Shown: positions 10,990 through 19,400 of the stretch, piece after piece
How positions within the stretch are numbered: the first letter of the stretch is position 1
Layout: each line of letters opens with the position of its first letter
Source: Trypanosoma brucei
Lineage: Eukaryota
Reading direction: 5' to 3'
Assembly (NCBI GenBank): GCA_000002445.1
Contig: CM000208.1
Coordinates: 224,001 to 288,000, forward strand
DNA: 64,000 nt
Program-made: the position numbers and the translations under genes
Notes under the pieces: model-generated
Told to the model about the DNA's origin: nothing
Database searches by the model: none
The model's input: the letters and a program-made list of their open reading frames with translations, nothing else

Positions 10990-12357
10990 ATGCACGACGG
11001 AGATGGCAATATTGAACTCATCATTGGCCCCATGTTCGCTGGTAAAACAACAGAACTGATGAGACGTGTCCAGCGACACAAACACGCCCAAAGATCATGT
11101 TATATCATCAACTATTCACGAAACAGTTACCAAAATCAGCGACTGTCAACTCACGACCAGCTTTCACTGACTGCCAATGTGTCCATCGCAAAACTTAGTG
11201 AAGTGTGTGATGAATGGCGTGACTACGACGTCATTGCTGTTGACAATGGCCAATTCTTCCCTGATGTTGTGGGTTTCTGTGCACGCGCAGCCAATGAGGG
11301 GAAGACTGTCATTGTGTCAGCACTCGATGTAGACTGCCGAGAAACTCCTTTTGATGAGGTTTGCCGTCTTGTTCCCCGTGCAGAATCAGTGTTGAAACTC
11401 AGTGCCGTATGCATGGAATGTCATGAGCACGATGCTTTCTTAACGTATCGCACCATCGAGAGCAACGAGCGTGAACTATATGGTGGAGCCGACATGTACT
11501 TGGCTGTGTGCAGGTGGTGTTACAAACAACTTACCATGAGCCACGTTGATGCGCAGAAGACATCTGCTTCCACAGCTGCAGTTGTGCCAAATGGTGCACA
11601 CGGTCGCATTGAACTCATCATTGGCCCCATGTTCGCTGGTAAAACAACAGAACTGATGAGACGTGTCCAGCGACACAAGCACGCTCAAAGATCATGTTAT
11701 ATCATCAAGTACACTGGGGACACACGCTACAGTGAAGGTGCTATAACTTCTCACGACCAGCGTGCACTGACTGCCAATGTGTCGGTCTCTAATTTACATG
11801 ACGTGGGTGATGAGTGGCGTAAATACGATGTGATCGCGGTGGATGAGGGCCAATTTTTTCCTGGTGTGGCCGCGTTCTGTTCCAAGGCTGCCGATTCGGG
11901 GAAGGTTGTAATTGTGTCAGCACTTGATGCCGATTACCTACAAGAGCCATTTGAAGAAATTTGCCTTCTTGTTTCCCGTGCTGATTCTGTTGTGAAACTT
12001 AGTGCCGTGTGTATGGAGTGTCACAATCGCAAAGCATCTTTTACATATCGTACTGTGAAGAGTGATGAGCGCAAACTTGTCGGTGGCAGTGATATGTACA
12101 TGTCAGTTTGCAGATCATGTTACGAAACTAAAAGGAATATGGTGCAAACTGAAAAGTACATTTACAGTTGTGTTGGGATCAATGAAGGGAGTTACTCGGA
12201 ATGTTCCCCCGGGCCAAGCGAGCGCAGTTCAGCAGGAACCTCCGGCGTCCAAACTTCCGTCAAGGTGGATGAGCAGAACTGCACTGAACCGAACACAGAA
12301 GCTAAAAAAATGCCTCTGAAGAGAAAAAGAAATCAAATGGCCGTTGATACTACTTAG
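10990..12357 (+). CDS. TK: Thymidine kinase, tandem (pseudo-dimeric) form with two homologous TK domains
   Basis: The track start at 10984 is TTG; the ATG is at 10990. The P-loop 'IELIIGPMFAGKTTELMRR' occurs twice, at aa ~10 and ~210. Both halves carry the TK zinc-ribbon Cys motifs ('AVCMECH...VCRWCY' / 'AVCMECH...VCRSCY'). A tandem-domain TK is a described peculiarity of T. brucei (established knowledge). Confidence 0.9.
   Translation: MHDGDGNIELIIGPMFAGKTTELMRRVQRHKHAQRSCYIINYSRNSYQNQRLSTHDQLSLTANVSIAKLSEVCDEWRDYDVIAVDNGQFFPDVVGFCARAANEGKTVIVSALDVDCRETPFDEVCRLVPRAESVLKLSAVCMECHEHDAFLTYRTIESNERELYGGADMYLAVCRWCYKQLTMSHVDAQKTSASTAAVVPNGAHGRIELIIGPMFAGKTTELMRRVQRHKHAQRSCYIIKYTGDTRYSEGAITSHDQRALTANVSVSNLHDVGDEWRKYDVIAVDEGQFFPGVAAFCSKAADSGKVVIVSALDADYLQEPFEEICLLVSRADSVVKLSAVCMECHNRKASFTYRTVKSDERKLVGGSDMYMSVCRSCYETKRNMVQTEKYIYSCVGINEGSYSECSPGPSERSSAGTSGVQTSVKVDEQNCTEPNTEAKKMPLKRKRNQMAVDTT
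11011..11708 (+). repeat. Two 101-nt near-identical tracts (11011-11111 and 11608-11708) at the 5' ends of the two TK domains
   Basis: Identity is 99/101 nt ('attgaactcatcattggccccatgttcgctggtaaaacaacagaactgatgagacgtgtccagcgacacaa[a/g]cacgc[c/t]caaagatcatgttatatcatcaa'). The rest of the two domains is only ~75-80% identical at nucleotide level. Confidence 0.8.
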
Positions 12358-13443
12358 TGCCAGGTGTACTATTGCGCAACGTATTGTGCCATTTTTCTGA
12401 TCTTCAAATTATTAGAGTTGTTGGTAAAACAGCGTTGCTGACCACTTAAAAAAAAAAAAGTATACATAAATAGTGGTTCTTTCCACTGTTTCCCGGGATC
12501 CTCCTCTATTTTTGAAAAAAAAAAATTTGGTTCGTTACTTTTCCCGAGGTAGACGTGTAAAATGTTTTAATGCGGCGCATACACAAGGAGAAAAGATGCT
12601 TATGTGGTCACGTTTACTGTGCTGTGCTCGCCAAGGCTTGTAGTACGCAAGGCACAATTTTCGAAACGCGGTATGTTTTCCTTATGTGCACCATCTTAAG
12701 TTGCTGCTGCCGCTGTTTCCTTAAACTTTCAGGGCATGCATCCGCCACCATTAAGCATGTTTAAACCATTGCCTGTTAGTTGGGTTTTTTTTTCCACATA
12801 ACAAACATTAACCTTATCGTAGCCGTACACCTTTGGGGATGCGGCGAGCAACAGCCATCGACGTGGCAGAAGCTGTCGCCGCTTAGAAGAACATTCACAC
12901 GAACCTGAAGGAAAACATAATACGCGTTTAGGTTTCAACTCGTGAGACGCAGTTCGCCACAGGGAAACGCTCGTACGAGCATAGAATTGCTTTTATAGAA
13001 ATCGGGAAATTAGGAGGGGAGAATTAAGAGATTAGACGTGTTTGAGGGACTATGGTGTTTTCTTGTTAAAGTGGTGAAACGCTTGTCAAGGTGGACCTTG
13101 TGTTTCCTTACCTCTGTTTGTTATTGACTTTTTTTTCCTTTTTCGTCGACCCAACTGCCTGCTAACCTGTGATCTTTGGTCCACCGCCTGTTTGTGCACT
13201 ATAGATTACCGTTGTGGTATTCCTCTCTGTGCTTCGGACTGCTTCCTCTCTTTAACCTGTTTCTTTTTTCCCTTTATAATAACGACGACAATAGTCCTTT
13301 AAGTAGAGGTCCAACCACTGCCATACTGGCACCAGCGGTTACGGTGTAGGTGTGCAATTAATTTTTCGCATAGAAGCTTCGCTACGGCAGGCAATTCCCT
13401 CCGTGCCAACTGTTATTAAAGAGTAGAATCACAGGAGGAAGAA

Positions 13444-16400
13444 ATGTTGCACAAACCATGTGTACAGGTGGTTATGCGGTTCCGCCCAAACCCTGGGGTT
13501 GCTTCTCCTTTTTACTCCACAGATGACACGGGTGCACCATGGCTTACGTACGATGAGCGTACCGTTCGTGTCGTGGAACGCGATCCGCCGATGGACCGGA
13601 AACGCGTGGAACCCAATGGGGGCCCTTGCGGTGACAGCAATGACCCCCCAGTTTCAAAAGCGCTCGTTCCAGCGCCTGTAACGAGCTACACGTTTGATGC
13701 AGTGCTCTCCGATACATCAACCCAGCGCGACGTGCACAAATGTGTTGGGGAACCTGTGATCGGTAATGTGCTGAAGGGTTACAATGCTACAATATTTTCC
13801 TATGGGCAAACAGGGAGTGGGAAGACGTATACGATGTTGGGCCCCTACGGGGGGTTGGCTGATGCTTTCTTCGAAGATAGTCCGTTCTATGGCGAGCGAG
13901 GGCTCGTACCGCGAGTAGTGGAAGAGTTGTTTAATCGTTTGAATACCATGAAATCGGAGGAGTACACGTGGCGGGTCAAGACACAAATGTTTGAGATATA
14001 CAGGGAAAATATTGTCGACTTGCTTATCGAAGGAGACCAACAACCTCAGACAGAGTATCGCATAAGGGAAGGCAAAAACAGTCAAGGTAGTTTTTGTATG
14101 TACGTTGACTCTCTAAAGGAGGTTGAATGCCGTACCGCCGCTGATTTCATGGATATACTGCAGAGGGGTGTGGCGAGCAGGCACACACGTGAAACGGGAA
14201 CAAATGACCGCTCTAGTAGAAGTCATTGCCTGCTCTGCTTATTTGTGGAGCTGAAGCACAATGAAGATTACAGTATGTGGACAGAAAGCAGGCTTAACTT
14301 CGTCGATCTTGCAGGCAGTGAACGAGTTGCGACCTCTCAAGCGGAGGGAGAGACCTTAAAAGAAACTCAATACATTAATCTCTCTCTTTCACTTCTAGGA
14401 AATGTTATCCACCGCCTTGCCGGCGGTAACACTGGACACATTCCCTACCGCGATACGAAACTGACACGAGTGTTGAAGGATTCACTCGGTGGTAATTCAC
14501 TGACCACTCTGCTATGTCACGGCACAACCGAAGCTGCAACAAAGAGTCAAACAATTAATACACTTCGATTTGCTCAAAAGGCACTTCGAATAAAAACACG
14601 TGCTGTCGTCAACAAACCATCGAAAACAACGATCAAACAACAACAGCAGGAGTTCTACAAGGAACACACAAAACAGTTGGAAAAACAAATAAGAGTTTTG
14701 CAAGAAATTATTAGAAGCCGGGAAAACACGGAAGGTGAAAATTCTATGTGCGCAAAATGTGAGAGCATGAGTGCTACGATCGCGTCATTAACAAAAGAAA
14801 TTGAAAGACTTCAGAAAGAACTTATAGCAAGAGAAGAACAGCTACAGCAAACGCAGGAAACAGGAGACTACTACAAAAAGAACTGCGAAACCCTCGAAAA
14901 CGAACTAGCAAAACTGACAGAGGAGCAAGAAGCAAACGACGCAAGGCACATCGAAGCATACACAATTCTTGAAGAAGAAAGTGAGAACCTCAGGGCTGAA
15001 ATTGAAGCGCTACAAAAGCAATTAGCAGAGAAGCCACACAAGGACGCATCCAACTCCGAAGCTCTTTCCAACAAAAATAATACGCGGAAAAATAATTATA
15101 ATGATTATAAAAACCGCGCTACTATGACAGATCGTCGAACACACTCAAATTGTTGCACAATGACTGACCCTGTTACAATTGTTATGCCTGATGTCATGGA
15201 GGATATGCAACGCCGTCTAACAAAGGAACTTATCAACTGTGGTACGATGACAGATATCCGTTCACACTCAAATTGTTGCACAATGACTGACCCTGTTGCA
15301 ATTGTTATGCCTGATGTTATGGAGGATATGCAACGCCGTCTAACAAAGGAACTTATCAATTGTGGAACAATGACGGATATCCGTTCACACTCAAATTGTT
15401 GCACAATGACTGACCCTGTTGCAATTGTCATGCCTGATGTTATGGAGGATATGCAACGCCGTCTAACAAAGGAACTTATCAATTGTGGTACGATGACAGA
15501 TGGCACCATCTCCACTAACCGCGCTACTATGACAGATTGTCGAACACACTCAAATTGTTGCACAATGACTGACCCTGTTGCAATTGTCATGCCTGATGTT
15601 ATGGAGGATATGCAACGCCGTCTAACAAAGGAACTTATCAACTGTGGCACAATGACGGATATCCGTTCACACTCAAATTGTTGCACAATGACTGACCCTG
15701 TTGCAATTGTTATGCCTGATGTTATGGAGGATATGCAACGCCGTCTAACAAAGGAACTTATCAACTGTGGCACAATGACGGATATCCGTTCACACTCAAA
15801 TTGTTGCACAATGACTGACCCTGTTGCAATTGTCATGCCTGATGTTATGGAGGATATGCAACGCCGTCTAACAAAGGAACTTATCAACTGTGGTACGATG
15901 ACAGATGGCACCATCTCCACTAACCGCGCTACTATGACAGATCGTCGAACACACTCAAATTGTTGCACAATGACTGACCCTGTTGCAATTGTTATGCCTG
16001 ATGTTATGGAGGATATGCAACGCCGTCTAACAAAGGAACTTATCAACTGTGGCACAATGACGGATATCCGTTCACACTCAAATTGTTGCACAATGACTGA
16101 TCCTGTTGCAATTGTCATGCCTGATGTCATGGAGGATATGCAACGCCGTCTAACAAAGGAACTTATCAATTGTGGTACGATGACAGATGGCACCGTCTCC
16201 ACTAACTGCGCTACTATGACAGATCTTCGTTCACACTCAAATTGTTGCACAATGACTGACCCTGTTGCAATTGTCATGCCTGATGTCATGGAGGATATGC
16301 AACGCCGTCTAACAAAGGAACTTATCAACTGTGGCACAATGACAGATGGCACCATCTCCACTAACCGCGCTACTATGACAGATCTTCGTTCACACTCAAA

Positions 16401-19400
16401 TTGTTGCACAATGACTGACCCTGTTGCAATTGTCATGCCTGATGTTATGGAGGATATGCAACGCCGTCTAACAAAGGAACTTATCAATTGTGGTACGATG
16501 ACAGATGGCACCGTCTCCACTAACTGCGCTACTATGACAGATCTTCGTTCACACTCAAATTGTTGCACAATGACTGACCCTGTTGCAATTGTTATGCCTG
16601 ATGTTATGGAGGATATGCAACGCCGTCTAACAAAGGAACTTATCAATTGTGGCACAATGACAGATCTTCGTTCACACTCAAATTGTTGCACAATGACTGA
16701 CCCTGTTGCAATTGTTATGCCTGATGTTATGGAGGATATGCAACGCCGTCTAACAAAGGAACTTATCAATTGTGGTACGATGACAGATGGCACCGTCTCC
16801 ACTAACTGCGCTACGATGACGGATATCCGTTCACACTCAAATTGTTGCACAATGACTGACCCTGTTGCAATTGTCATGCCTGATGTTATGGAGGATATGC
16901 AACGCCGTCTAACAAAGGAACTTATCAATTGTGGTACGATGACAGATGGCACCGTCTCCACTAACTGCGCTACTATGACAGAGGTTTGCCGTCAATCTAA
17001 TTCGCTTGATCGGCGTGTGTCTTGTGTATCGGGTACCGCTGAAAATGTGTCGTTGAGTGGGGAAACGTTTTGTAGGAATACATCTGTGAATACCCGTGAG
17101 TGTTCATATATTGCACGAAACACCATATTTGCTTCGAGTGTTGTTTCTTCATTTGTCCCCGTAATTGGGGAAGGACAGTTTGAGTGGTGGTGTTTGGACG
17201 ATGTGTATGCTCATGCTCTTTTGTTTTCTTACTGCAATCCACGCGATGTGGGTATCAATATTGGCTTGTTCGATGACTGTGATGATAAGGTGCTTTTGCA
17301 ATCTCTTGGAGTTGTTCATAGAACACTTGGCTCCATTCGTGCTGATTATGATGGCAGCGTCGTCTCGGTTATTCGTAGGTTTTTGGTTCAGCAACGCGGT
17401 GCCCTTGCAGGAGACGGCGCTCTTGAAGGTTGTGTGCCGTGCGAGGCTCTATTCGAGGTTCTTATATCTGCCAAAAATGCACTCTTGGTGGAGCCAATGG
17501 TCAGCGACTCCTCTACTGTGAAGGGGGAAGATAGGGTTTGTCACGGTGATGGAGAAGGTGCACTTGACAGCTGCGTATATGCTCACTTGCAAGTGGCGAT
17601 GACCGCCGTCTTCAGCATTGCACGTGAGCGCGGTGGATATTTGTCGGATATTTTCGCATCTGTGAAGGTTCAGAAAGCACTCGAAGCAATGCGTCAGTTC
17701 TTCACTTCCAGCAATTTATTTTCGAGTGGAAGTAGCAGCGTTTCTAGTACCTCCGAGGCCAACGGAGATAGTAGCAGCTTCCTCGAAGACATGCTGAGGG
17801 AAACAGAGGTCCCGCGTTTTGTACTAGGAGGTGCATTGCAACGGGCAGCCGCGCTGCTCAAGGATGATGTGGTGACCAAATTGCAGAGGCGGAGATTGTG
17901 TGGCGGACTCTCGTTGGAGGAGGCCCTTCTTGCGTGTTATTTGGCTGAAGAAAGAATCACCGCCCTCACTGAAATCGAAAATTTGAGAGAAGAAATGGTA
18001 CAGCCTGTTACACGCGAAGCGCTGGATTTAATTGACGGTGCGGTGAGGGCTTTTCTCAAGAGTGAAGAGTCCGAGGATTTCTCCGCTGAAGCCACAAACC
18101 ACATGAAAAGCAGCTCCTTCACTACCGCACTGGCATTTCTCTTCACGTACGTCGCTGCTCAAACAGCGACTGAAACCGTCGGGCTTCCTCAAGATAGCAC
18201 AGAACATGTTAGAGATGCGCTAAATGTAGTTGCGCAGACACTACTAAGGCGTTCAGTGTCACAAACTTCAAGATTTGATGTAGCACAGAGTAATACAGCG
18301 ATAGACCCAGAAAGCATGCAACAATCGTTGAGGATTATAATGGATTATGCGGAAAGTCAAGGTTACTACCCAGTCACATGCGATACGTCAGAAGCAGGCA
18401 GCCGGTCCAATCATCACTGCCAGTACTCCCAGCAAACCCGTAGAAAGGACACGCCCGACATCGACGTCACGAAAAGGGAGGCACTTATGGAAAAAATGGA
18501 TTCGCCTCGTACCACTCCAAGAAGTTCACCGCACCCTCGGTTATCCTCGCCACAAGAGCAACGACCTCAAACGAGCGTGGTTGTAGTATCGCAACCAAAT
18601 GTAACAAGCCACCACATCAACAACCTCGTTCACAGAGGAAGGATGACTAACCCTGTTGCAATTGTTATGCCTGATGTCATGGAGGATATGCAACGCCGTC
18701 TAACAAAGGAACTTATCAATTGTGGTACGATGACAGATGGCACCATCTCCACTAACCGTGCTACTATGACAGATCTTCGTTCACACTCAAATTGTTGCAC
18801 AATGACTGACCCTGTTGCGATTGTTATGCCTGATGTCATGGAGGATATGCAACGCCGTCTAACAAAGGAACTTATCAATTGTGGAACAATGACGGATATC
18901 CGTTCACACTCAAATTGTTGCACAATGACTGACCCTGTTGCAATTGTCATGCCTGATGTTATGGAGGATATGCAACGCCGTCTAACAAAGGAACTTATCA
19001 ATTGTGGTACGATGACAGATGGCACCATCTCCACTAACCGTGCTACTATGACAGATCTTCGTTCACACTCAAATTGTTGCACAATGACTGACCCTGTTGC
19101 AATTGTTATGCCTGATGTTATGGAGGATATGCAACGCCGTCTAACAAAGGAACTTATCAATTGTGGAACAATGACGGATATCCGTTCACACTCAAATTGT
19201 TGCACAATGACTGACCCTGTTGCAATTGTTATGCCTGATGTCATGGAGGATATGCAACGCCGTCTAACAAAGGAACTTATCAATTGTGGAACAATGACGG
19301 ATATCCGTTCACACTCAAATTGTTGCACAATGACTGACCCTGTTGCAATTGTCATGCCTGATGTTATGGAGGATATGCAACGCCGTCTAACAAAGGAACT

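Noticed and set aside
15105-16961. 618-aa ORF on the minus strand through kinesin repeat array 1 (and the similar 391-aa ORF at 18630..19805)
   Set aside because: It is an artefact of the tandem repeat. The antisense frame simply lacks stop codons in every unit ('ISSITSGMTIATGSVIVQQFECER...' repeated). It is antisense to a gene with a bona fide kinesin motor and lies against the polarity of the unit.
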